From NCBI RefSeq assembly GCF_018350175.1, contig NC_058368.1:164674001-164738000 (forward strand): a stretch of 64,000 nt of DNA. The letters run 5' to 3'. Numbering within the stretch: the stretch's first letter is position 1; each line of letters begins with the position of its first letter. Both the position numbers and the translations under genes were made by a program. Under the pieces are notes generated by a model, which was given only the letters and a program-made list of their open reading frames with translations, made no database searches and was not told the DNA's origin. Below are positions 39,587 to 50,707 of the stretch, in pieces. This DNA is from Felis catus (taxonomy: Eukaryota).

Positions 39587-40636
39587 TATAATGTTTCATT
39601 ATTTAGATAAGCATACATTTATATACTATTAGTGTAATTATAATAGGTAGTTTTCAAACATTGAACTTTAAAGGCCCATGTACCAATTTCATTTTTTTCC
39701 CATTTACTTATTGGTAAAGCATTTCCTGTATATTTGCCATGTCAGTAGCACTATTCTAGAGATGCATAACTATGGCCTGCAGCATCATGAAGTGATGGCG
39801 GGTCATTGGTAATAAGAATGCACATTCCCTAAAAAATAATCAAAAAGTGCTACAAAATAAGGTATTAGAACTTCTGGTGCAAAGAGAAAACTAAGAACAC
39901 TGCTTAAATGAATCCCAGAAGAATGGAATTGTGACATTAAGTCTTGTGGATACATAGAAATTATGCCCGGCAGTTAGATGGGATAGTCAATATAGAAGGT
40001 CAGACAAATACAAAAATCAGCAGAATGGCAATGGGGGCTGGAGGGGAGGGGTTATACCAAAGTACCATTCAGAGTTTTAGTGGTGAGATTCATGATAAAG
40101 TCTGGAGATTAACCTGGAAATGTCAGGAGGGCCAGATTATAGAGATCCTTTAAGACCATGCCAAGGAATTATTCCATCATTTTATCCTATAATCAGTGGA
40201 GTTCCACTAAAAATTTTAGAACCAAAGAGAAATAATTAAATATGCATTGTAAGAAATATCACTATCTTGACAGTTTGAAAAGCAGATTAGATTAAAATAG
40301 ATAAAACATATAAGAAGGGTGGTAGCAAATACATCATTAGGTAAAACATTTCAGTAGTCCTATGTCAGTTGTCATTATATGTGTGTTCCTGTGTATATTT
40401 GTGTAAGTTTATATAATTAAAAAAGGTAAAATGGGTACCAGGTTTTGATTTGAACTAAAATGATCTTGGTTGCCTGTTCCAGTGCATAACATAATCAAAA
40501 AGACACTCTGACATGAAAAAAAAAAAGCTCACAAAAGGAAGAAAAGAATCAGATTAGCCTATTTCTTAAAATGAATGAAAAAGTAGATTGATATCTAGCA
40601 AACAATGTGTAAGTACATTTAAAAACTGAAGGTGCA

Positions 40637-41155
40637 ATAAATCCCACTTGATTGTGGTGAATGATTCTTTAATGCATTTTTTATTTGATTTGCTACTATC
40701 TTGTTGAGAATTTTTGCATCCATCTTCACAGGAAAATTGGTCTGTAGTTCTCCTTTTAAGTGGAGGTCTTTGTCTTTGGAATCAAGGTAATTCTGGCCTC
40801 ATAGAATGAGTTTGGAAGTTTTCCTTACATTTCTATTTTTTTTGGAACAGCTTCAAAAGCATAAGTATTAACTCTTCTTTAAATGTTTGGTAGAATTCCC
40901 CTGGAGAGCCACCAGACCTGGACTCTTGGGTTTTTTAGGAGATTTTTGATTACTCTTTTAATTTATTTACTGGTTATGGATCTGTTCAAATTTTCTATTC
41001 CTGTTTCAGTTTTGGAAGTGTATATATATATCTAGGAATTTTTCTATTTCTTCCACATTGCCCAATTTGTTGGCATATAATTGCTCATAATATGAGTAAT
41101 TCTCTTCCTATTGTTTGTATTTCTGTGGTGTTGGTTGTGATCTCTCCTCTTTCAT
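40637..41155 (-). mobile_element. Inverted 5' segment of a twin-primed L1 (ORF2 fragment)
   Basis: Colinear with 48270-48785 of the minus-strand L1. Confidence 0.9.
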
Positions 41156-43128
41156 TGGGTGGGCTGCACGGGTGGTTCTATATCTGCAAATCAATCAAAG
41201 TGATACATCACATTACTAAAAGAAAGGATAAGAACCACATGAATCTACTCAATAGACACAGGAAAACATTTGACAAAATGCAGCATCCTTTCTTGATAAA
41301 AACCCTCAAGAAAGTAGGGATAGAAGGAACATACTTCAAGATCATATAGGCCATATATGAAGAACCACAGCTATTATCATCCTCAGTGGTGAAAAACTGA
41401 GAGCTTTTCCCCTAAGGACAGGAACATGACAGAGATGCCCACTCTCACCACTGTTATTCAACATAGTGTTGGAAGTTCTAGCCTCAGCAATTAGACAACA
41501 CAAAGAAATAGAAGGCATCCAAATTGGCAAGGAGGAAATCACACTTTCACTCTATACAGGAAACATGATACTCTATGTGGAAAAGTCAAAAGACTCCACC
41601 AAAAAACTGCTAGAACTAATACATGATTTCAGCAAAGTCACAGGATATAAATCAGTGTGCAGAAATCGGTTGCATTTCTATACACCAATAATGAAGCTGC
41701 AGAAAGAGAAATCAAGGAATCAATCCCACTTAAAATTGCACTGAAAACCATAAAATACCTAGGAATAAACTGAACCAAAGAGGTAGAAGATTTGTATGCT
41801 GAAAACTATAGAAAGCTTTTGAAAGAAAGTGAAGAAAACACAAGAAATGGGAAAACACTCCATGCTCATAGATTGGTAGAAAAATATTGTTAAAATGTCA
41901 ATACTACCCATAGCAGTCTACACATTCAGTGTAATCCCTATCAAATAATATCAACATTCTTCACAGGACTAGAACAAACAATTCTAAAATTTGTATGAAA
42001 CCATAAAAGACCCCAAATAGCCAAAGTAATGTTGAAAAATAAAACCAAAGCCGGAAGTATCACAATTTCAGACTTCAAGCTGTATTACAAAGCTATAATC
42101 ATCAATACAGTACGGTACTGGCACGAAACAGATACATGTATCAGTGGAACAGAATACAGAAACCAGAAATGGACCCACAAATGTATGGCAAACTAATCTT
42201 TCACAAAGCAGGAAAGAATATCCAATAGAAAAAAATGTCTCTTCAAATGGTATTGGGAAAACTGGACAGGGACATGCAGAAGAATGAACCTGGACCACTT
42301 TCTTACACCATACACAAAAATAAACACAAAATGGATGAAAGACCTAAATGTAAGAGAGGAAGCCATCAAAATCCTAGATGAGAAAACAGGCAACAACCTC
42401 TTTGAACTTGGTCACAGAAACTGCTCATTAGACATGTCTCCAGAGACAAGGGAAACAAAAATGAACTGTTGGGACCTCATACTGATACAAAGCTTCTGCA
42501 AAGTGAAGGAAACAATTGGCAAAACTAAAAAGCAACTGACAGAATGGGAGAAGATATTTGCAAATGACATATCCAGAATCTATAAAGTACCCAAAATCTA
42601 TAAAAGAATGTATCAAACTCAGCACCCCAAAAAGCAAATAATCCAATGAAGAAATGGGCCAAAGACATGAGCAGAAGAAGATCTTCTTTTCAAAGAAGAT
42701 TTCCAGATGGCTAACAGACACATCAAAAGATGCTCAACATCACTGATCATCAGGGAAATCCAAATCAAAACCACATTGAGATACCAACTCACACCTGTCA
42801 GAATAGCTAACATTAACAACTCAGGAAGCAACAGGTGTTGGCAAGGATGCAGGTGTTGGCAAGAATAGGGAATACTTTGCATTGTTTGTGAAATGCAAAC
42901 TGGTGCAGCCACTGTGGAGAACAGTATGGAGATTCCTCAAAATGTTAAAAATAGAACTACCCTACTACCCAGCAATTGCACTACTAGGTATTTACCCAAA
43001 GGGTACAACTATGCTGATTTGAAGGGGCACATGCACCCCAGTGTTTATAGCAGCTCTATCAACAATAGCCAAAGTATGGAAAGAGCCCAAATGGCCATCA
43101 ACTGACAAGTGGATAAAGAAAATGTGGA

Positions 43129-43180
<52 letters not shown>

Positions 43181-43600
43181 GTGTATTACTTGGTGATCAA
43201 AAAGAATGAAATCTTGCCATTTGCAACAACATGGATGGAACTAGAAGGTATTATGCTTAGCAAAATAAGTTAGTCAGGGAAAGACAGATATGTGATTTCA
43301 CTCGTGTGGAATTGAAGAAACAAAACAGATGAACATAGGTGAGGGGAAGGAAAAATAAGATAAAAGAAGAGAGGGAGACAAACCATAAGAGACTCTTAAA
43401 TACAGAGAACAAACTGAGGTTTGCTGGAGGGGTGTTGGATGGGGGGATGGGCTAAATGGATAATGGGCATTAAAGAGGCACTTGTTAGGATGAACATTGG
43501 GTGTTATATGTAAGTCATGAATCACTAAATTCTATTCCTGAAATCATTATTGCACTATATGTTAACTAGGATTTAAGTAAAATTAAAAAAAAAAGAAAGA
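41156..43600 (+). mobile_element. Carnivore L1 3' portion (broken ORF2 RT/C-terminus, 3'UTR, poly A)
   Basis: ORFs 41466-41744 ([10 protein letters not shown]) and 42284-42649 (LDHFLTPYTKIN); 3'UTR and A tail. Confidence 0.95.
43131..43177. repeat. (CA)n microsatellite inside L1
   Basis: Direct read. Confidence 0.95.
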
Positions 43601-43784
43601 AAAGGAAATAGTTAATAAATTTCTTAGGACTCAGAAAAAATAACATACGGGGGGGGGGGGCTCTCTGTCTTTTGTCTTGTGGCCTTGAATCTTGAATAAC
43701 ACTGGTACTTTCTGTTCTTTAAAGGTTAGATAAAAGTCAGCCTATAAGTCATCTGTTCTAGGGTCCTTTGAAAAAGTAGATCTT

Positions 43785-44078
43785 TAATTTAAGAAACAAA
43801 TCAGATGAAAGTAGGGGAAGAGAAGGAAAAATAAAATAAGATAAAAACACAGAGAGAGGCAAACCATAAGAGACTTTTAAATATAGAGAGCAGGTTGAGG
43901 GTTGATGAAGGGAGGTAGGTAAGGGATGAGCTAAATGGTTGTTGGTCACTAAGGAGGGCACTTGTTGGAATGAACCCTGGGTGTTGCATATAAATGATGA
44001 ATCACTGAATTCTACTCCTGAAACCAGTACTACACTATATGGTAACTAACTTGAATTTAAATTAAAAAAATAAATAAG
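43785..44078 (+). mobile_element. Second short L1 3' end
   Basis: L1 3'UTR; approximate TSD aagta(g/aa)atctttaa. Confidence 0.9.
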
Positions 44079-45244
44079 TAAAATCTTTAAAAAGAAAAAA
44101 AAATGTAAACAAAATTTATTAAGTTTAAAAACCTGAATGTGATATCTCTATAAAGATAAATTGTAAATTATTAGAAATTTACCTAGCACGTAGTATCTGA
44201 TTACTCAGAAAAGGTTCTTTCTCAGTTTAATATATAATAAAGAATATTTCTATTTCTTGAGTTTTTATTTTCATTTTCCTTTTGATTATACTTATGACAT
44301 AATGACTTGTTCTAAGAGTTGTTCTTTACTTTTTACTATTACAGGTGATTATGATAAAACCTGCTATCATGGAACTAGAATCCCTTTATATCAGGCAGCC
44401 ACTGTTACAGGACCATAGGGATAAATTTTTATTATTTCCATCTTACAGATGAGGGCACCAAAACTTAGGGAACCAAAGAGATAAGCCAAAAGTCACAGTC
44501 TATTTGGCCACCAAGCCAGATCTTACTTAACCCCAAATCAGTCTGATTCTAGACTAGTATCTTTGTACAACACAGTGTTAAATGGTTTAAAGCAAATTGA
44601 ATTAGGTGTGTGATCATAAATTTTCATGACAAAAGTTGGTCTTTTAACTAAATCCAAATTCAGTGAAGAAAAGCTTGGCTTGGCAGTTTAAATTGGTAGG
44701 TTTTTACATGGAAAGCTTTCATTCTGACACAAATTTAACCTACTAAATTAGGGTGATAGGCCTGATATAATAGAGGTGTAGTGATTAATGTAGTATATCT
44801 TGGCTGTAACAAGACTGTTGTACCACATTACTTACATATCAATAAAGTTGTTAAAATACAACTTGAATTACCAAACTGTTAGCAAAATAATTATTAAATA
44901 CTATCTGTGTTAAGAATTGTTTATGAGAGTGTAATTGGATGGATGCAAAACCAAAAAAGAGATTTGTGATATCAGGAAATACATGAGCTGTTCAGGAATC
45001 TTCAAAGTACAGTTTTTGGATAAAAGCTTGAAAATGTACGAAACCTAAAGATAGCTACATTAAGTATCTTTTTGTACCACACATCATCTAGTTATTAATG
45101 TATTCATTTGTGTATTAATCTATATAATTTAGGGTGTGTGTGTGCATTATTTGTGAATTGATATAAATATATACTCACAATTGTAATTAGCTCTTTCAAA
45201 ACATTATTATAACTTTAATTTTTAAAGAGTTATAAAATATGTGT

Positions 45245-45752
45245 TGTGGTAGACAGAATAATGGCTTCCCAAAGATGTGTTCCCATAACTTATGATTAGG
45301 TTAACTTCATAGAAAAGGGAGCTTTGTAGATGTGATTAAGTTAAGGATTTTAAGATGGGAAGATTATCCTGGATTATCCAACTGGTTCCAATGCAGTCAC
45401 AATGGTTTAGTTAAGAGGAAAAGCAAGAAAAGAGAGTCAGAGAGATAGATGTGACAAGGAGAGGAGAGGAGAAAGAGAGGAAGAGAGGAGAGGAGAGGGA
45501 GGTTGATTTGAAGATACTACTCTGTAGGCTTTGAAGATGTAAGACAAAGCCATGAGACAGAGAATGCAGATCAACTCTAGAAGCTGTAAAAAATAAGGAA
45601 ATGACTCCTTATAAGAGATTCCAGAAGGAATGCTGTCCTGCCAACACCTTGTCTTTAGGAATTCTCAACTCCAGAACTATAAGATAACAAACATGTGTTG
45701 TTTGAAATTATTTTGTGTTAATTTGTTATAGCAGCAAAAGGAAACTAAAACA
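45245..45752 (+). mobile_element. MLT1D-like MaLR solo LTR, complete
   Basis: Start tgtggtagacagaataatggc; end tttgttatagcagcaaaaggaaactaaaaca. Confidence 0.9.
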
Positions 45753-48700
45753 CAAATGTGTCACTGTGCATATGGTGTGTATTAGTAAGCACTTGGAGAG
45801 AGTAGGAAAGGAAAGAAGAGAAGGAAGGAGGGGGAAGTGAGGTTGGAAAGAAGGGAGGAATAAATTGAATTAGATTGTGAGGCAAAGATGAGGTACTGGT
45901 GAATCAGTATCATCTAGGATTTTTTTTCTTTTTTTAGTTAATTTTATTTTTTTTGAATTTTGATCAAAATTTGTTAGCATATAGTGCAACAATGATTTCA
46001 GGAATATATTCTTAATTCCCCTTACCCATATAGCCTAGCCCCTTCCACACCCCCTCCAGTAAACTTCTGTTTGTTTTCCATATTTATGAGTCTCTTATGC
46101 TTTGTCCCTCTCCCTGTTTTTATATTATTTTTGTTTCCCTTCCCTTATGCTCATCTGTTTTGTATCTTAAAGTCCTCATATGAGTGAAGTCATATGATAT
46201 TTCTTTCTCTGACTAATTTCCCCTAGCATAACACCCTCTAGTTCCATCCACATAGTTGCAAATGGCAAGATTTCATTCTTTTTGATTGCCAAGTAATACT
46301 CCATTGTATATATATACCACCTCTTCTTTATCCATTCATCCATCAATGGCCATTTGGGCTCTTTCCATACTTTGGCTATTATTGATAATGCTGCTATAAA
46401 CATGGGGGTCCATGTGTCCCTTTGAAACAGCACACCTGTATCACGGGGATAAATGCCTAGTAGTGTAATTGCTGGGTCGTAGGGTAGTTCTCTTTTTAAT
46501 TTTTTGAGGAACGTCCATACTGTTCTCTAGAGTGGCCGCACCAGCTTGCATTGCCACCAACAATGTAAAAGAGATCCTCTTTCTCCACTTCCTCACGAAC
46601 ATCTGTTGTTGCCTGAGTTGTTAGCCATTCTGACAGGTGTGAGGTGGGATCTCATTGTGGTTTTGATTTGTATTTCCATGATGATGAGTGATGTTGAGCA
46701 TTTTTTCATGCATCGGTTGACCATCTGGATGTCTTCCTTGGACAAGTGTCTATTCATGTCTTTTGCCCATTTCTTCACTAGATTATTTGTTTTTTTGGGT
46801 GTTGAGTTTGATAAGTTCTTTGTAGATTTTGGATACTAACCCTTTATATGATATGTCATTTGCAAATATCTTCTCCCATTCTGTCTGTTGCCTTTTAGTT
46901 TTGCTGATTGTTTCCTTTGCTGTGCAGAAGCTTTTTATTTTGATGAGGTCCCAAAGTTCATTTTTGCTTTTGTTTCCCTTGCCTCCAGTGGTGTGTTGAG
47001 TAAGAAGTTGCTGCAGCCAAGATCAAAGAGGTTTTTGCCTGCTTTCTCCTCAAGGATTTTGATGGCTTCCTGTCTTACATGTAGGTCTTTCATCCATTTT
47101 GAGTTTATTTTTGTGTATGGTATAAGAAAGTGGTCCAGGTTCATTCTTCTGCATGTTGCTGTCCAGTTTTCCCAGCACCATTTTTTTGAAGAGACTGTCT
47201 TTATTCCATTGGATATTCTTTCCTGCTTTGTCAAAGATTAGTTGGCCATACGTTTGTGGGTCCATTTCTGGGTTCTGTATTCTGTTCCATTGATCTGAAT
47301 GTCTATTCTTGTGCCAGTCCCATACTGTCTTGATGATTATAGCTTTGTAGTATAGCTTGAAGTCTGGGATTGTGATGCCTCCTACTTTGGTTTTCTTTTT
47401 CAAGATTGCTTTGGTTATTCGGGGTATTTTCTGGTTCCATACAAATTTTAGGATTATTTGTTCTAGCTGGTGTTATTTTGATAGGGATTGCATTGAATAT
47501 GTAGATTGCTTTCAGTAGTATCGACAATTTAACAATATTTGTTGTTGCTATCCAGGAGCATGGAATCTTTATTCTATTTTTTGTGTGTCTTCTTCAATTT
47601 CTTTCATAAGTTTTCTGTAGTTTTCAGTGTATAGATTTTTCACCTCCTTGGTTAAATCCACTCCTAGGTATTTTACAGTTCTTGGTGCAATTGTAAATGG
47701 GATTGATTCCTTGATTTCTCTTTCTGTTGCTTCGTTGTTGGTGTATAGGAATGCAACCAATTTCTGTGAGTTGATTTTATATCCTGCAACTTTGCTGAAT
47801 TCATGAATCAGTTCTAGCAGTTTGTTGGTGGAATCTTCAGGGTTTTCCATATAGAGTATCATGTCATCTGTGAAGAGAGAAAGTTTGACCTCCTCCTGGT
47901 CGATTTGGATGCCTTTTATTTCTTTGTGTTGTCTGATTGCAGAGGCTAAGACTTTCAATACTATGTTGAATAACAGTGGTGAGAGTGGACATCCCTGTCT
48001 TGTTCCTAACCTTAGGGGGGAAGCTCTCAGTTTTCCCCATTGAGGATGATATTAGCACTGGGTCATTCATATATGGGCTTTTATGATCTTGAGGTATGAT
48101 CTTTCTATCCCTACTTTCTTGAGGGTTTTTATCAAGAAAAGATGCTGTATTTTATCAAATGCTTTCTCTGCATGTACTGAGAGGATCATATGGTTCTTGC
48201 CCTTTCTTTTATTGTTGTGATGAATCGTGTTAATTGTTTTGTGGATATTGAACCAGCCCTACCTCCCAGGTATAAATTCTGCTTGGTCGTGGTGAATAAT
48301 GTTTTTAACGTATTGTTGGATCTGGTTGGCTAATATCTTGTTGAGGATTTTTGCATCCATGTTCATCAGGGAAATTGGCCTATAGTTGTCCTTTTAGTGG
48401 GGTCTCTGTCTGTTTGGAATCAAGGTAATGCTGGCTTCATAGAATGAGTTTGGAAGTTTTCCTTCCATTTCTATTTTTTGGAATAGCTTCAAGAGAATAG
48501 GTGTTAACTCTTCCTTAAATGTTTGGTAGAATTCCCCTGGAAAGCCATCTGGCCCTGGACTCTTGTTTTTTAGCAGATTTTTGATTACTAATTCGATTTC
48601 CTTACTATTTATGGGTCTGTTCAAACTTTCTATTTCTTCCTGGTTCAATTTTGGTAGTGTATATGTTTCTAGGAATTTGTCCATTTCTTCCAGATTGCCC

Positions 48701-49524
48701 ATTTTAATAGCATATAATTGCTCATAATGTTCTTTTATTATTGTTTTTATTTCCGCTGTGTTGGTTGTGATCTCTCCTCTTTTATTCTAGATTTTATTTG
48801 GGTTCTTTCATTTTTCTTTTTGAGCCAGCTGGCTAGTGGTTTATCAATTTTGTTAATTCTTTCAAAGAACCAGCTTCTGGTTTAATTGATTTGTTCTACT
48901 GTTTTGTTTTGTTCTTTGTTTTTTTTTGTTTTTTTTTTGGGGGGTTTTTTTTTTTTGGTTTTGATAGTATTAATTTCTGCTCTGATCTTTATTTTTTCCT
49001 GTCTTCTGCTAGTTTGGGGTTTTATTTCCTGTTCTTTTTCCAGCACCTTAAGGCATGAGTATAGGTTGTGTATCTGAGATCTTTCTTCATTCTTTAGGAA
49101 GGCTTGGATTGCTATATACTTTCCTTTTATGACTGCCTTTGCTGCGTCCCAGAGGTTTTTGGATTGTGGTGTTATCATTTTCATTGGCTTCCATATACTT
49201 TTTAATTTCCTCTTTGACTTCTTAGTTAGCCAATTCATTCTTTAGTAGGATGTTCTTCAGTCTCCAAGTATTTGTTACCTTTCCAAATTTTTTCTTGTGG
49301 TTGATTTCAAGTTTCATAGCATTGTGGTCTGAAGATATGCACGGTATGATCTCCATCTTTTTGTATTTGCTGAGGGCTGATTTGTGTCCCAGTATGGTCT
49401 ATTCTGGAGAATGTTCCATGTGCCCTGGAGAAGAATGTATATTCTGCTGCTTTAGGATGAAGTGTTCTGAATATTCTAAGTCCATCTGATCCAGTGTGTC
49501 ATTCAAAGCCATTGTTTCCTTGTT

Positions 49525-49749
49525 GATTTTTTTTTTAATTTTTTTTTTCAACGTTTATTTATTTTTGGGACAGAGAGAGACAGAGCATGAACGGGCGAGG
49601 GGCAGAGAGAGGGAGACACAGAAACGGAAACAGGCTCCAGGCTCTGAGCCATCAGCCCAGAGCCCGACACGGGGCTCGAACTCACGGACCGCGAGATCAT
49701 GACCTGGCTGAAGTCGGACGCTTAACCGACTGCGCCACCCAGGCGCCCC
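49525..49749 (-). mobile_element. Young SINEC_Fc-like inserted in L1 ORF2
   Basis: CpG-rich near-consensus; TSD ttgttga(t/c)ttttt. Confidence 0.96.
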
Positions 49750-50486
49750 TTGTTGACTTTTTGATTAGATGATCTGTCCATTGCTATGAGTGGGGTGTTT
49801 AAGTCTCCTACTATTATGGTATTACCATCAATGAGTTTCTTGATGTTTCTCAGTAATTGATTTGTATATTTGGGTGCTTTCACATTTGGCTCATGAATGT
49901 TTACAATTGTTAGGTCTTCTTGGTGGATAGACTCCTTGATTATGATATAATGCCCTTTTGTATCTCTTGATACAGTCTTTATTTTAAAGTCTAGTTTGTC
50001 TGATATAAGTGGCTTTCTTTTATTGACCATTAGCATGATAGCTGGTTCTTCATCCCCTTACTTTCAATCTGAAGGTGTCTTTAGGTCTAAAGTGGGTCTC
50101 TTGTAAACAGCATATAGATGGATCTTGTTTTCTTATCCATTCTGTTACCCTATGTCTTTTGATTGGAGCATTGAGTGCATTGATGTTTAGAGTGAGTACT
50201 GAAAGATATGAATTTATTGCCATTATGTTGCTTGTAGAGTTGGAGTTTCTGGTGGTGCTCTCTGGTCCTTTCTAATCTTTGTTGCTTTTAATATTTATTT
50301 ATTTATTTGTTTGTTTACTTGTTTGTTCGTTTGCATTTTCATCTTTTCTCCTCTCAGAGGGTCCCCCTTAAAATTTCTTGCAGGGCTGGTTTAGTGGTCA
50401 TAAACTCCTTTAATTTTTGTTTGTCTGGGAAACTTTCTATCTCTCCTTCTATCTTTAATGACAGCCTTTCTGGATAAAGAATTCTT

Positions 50487-50707
50487 GGGAGTGCCTGGGT
50501 GGCTCAGTCAGTTGAGCGTCTGACTTCAGCTCAGGTCATGATCTTGCATTTCGTGGGTTTGAGCCCTGCCTTGTGTTCTGTGCTGACAGCTCAGAGCCTG
50601 AAGTCTGCTTCAGATTCTGTGTCTTCCTTACTCTCTGTTCCTTCCATGCACACACTGTATGTGTCTCTCTCTTTCTCAAAAATAAAAAAAAAAAACATTA
50701 AAAAATT
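50487..50707 (+). mobile_element. SINEC inserted in L1 ORF1
   Basis: 12-bp TSD aagaattcttgg (50477-50488 and 50708-50719). Confidence 0.95.
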
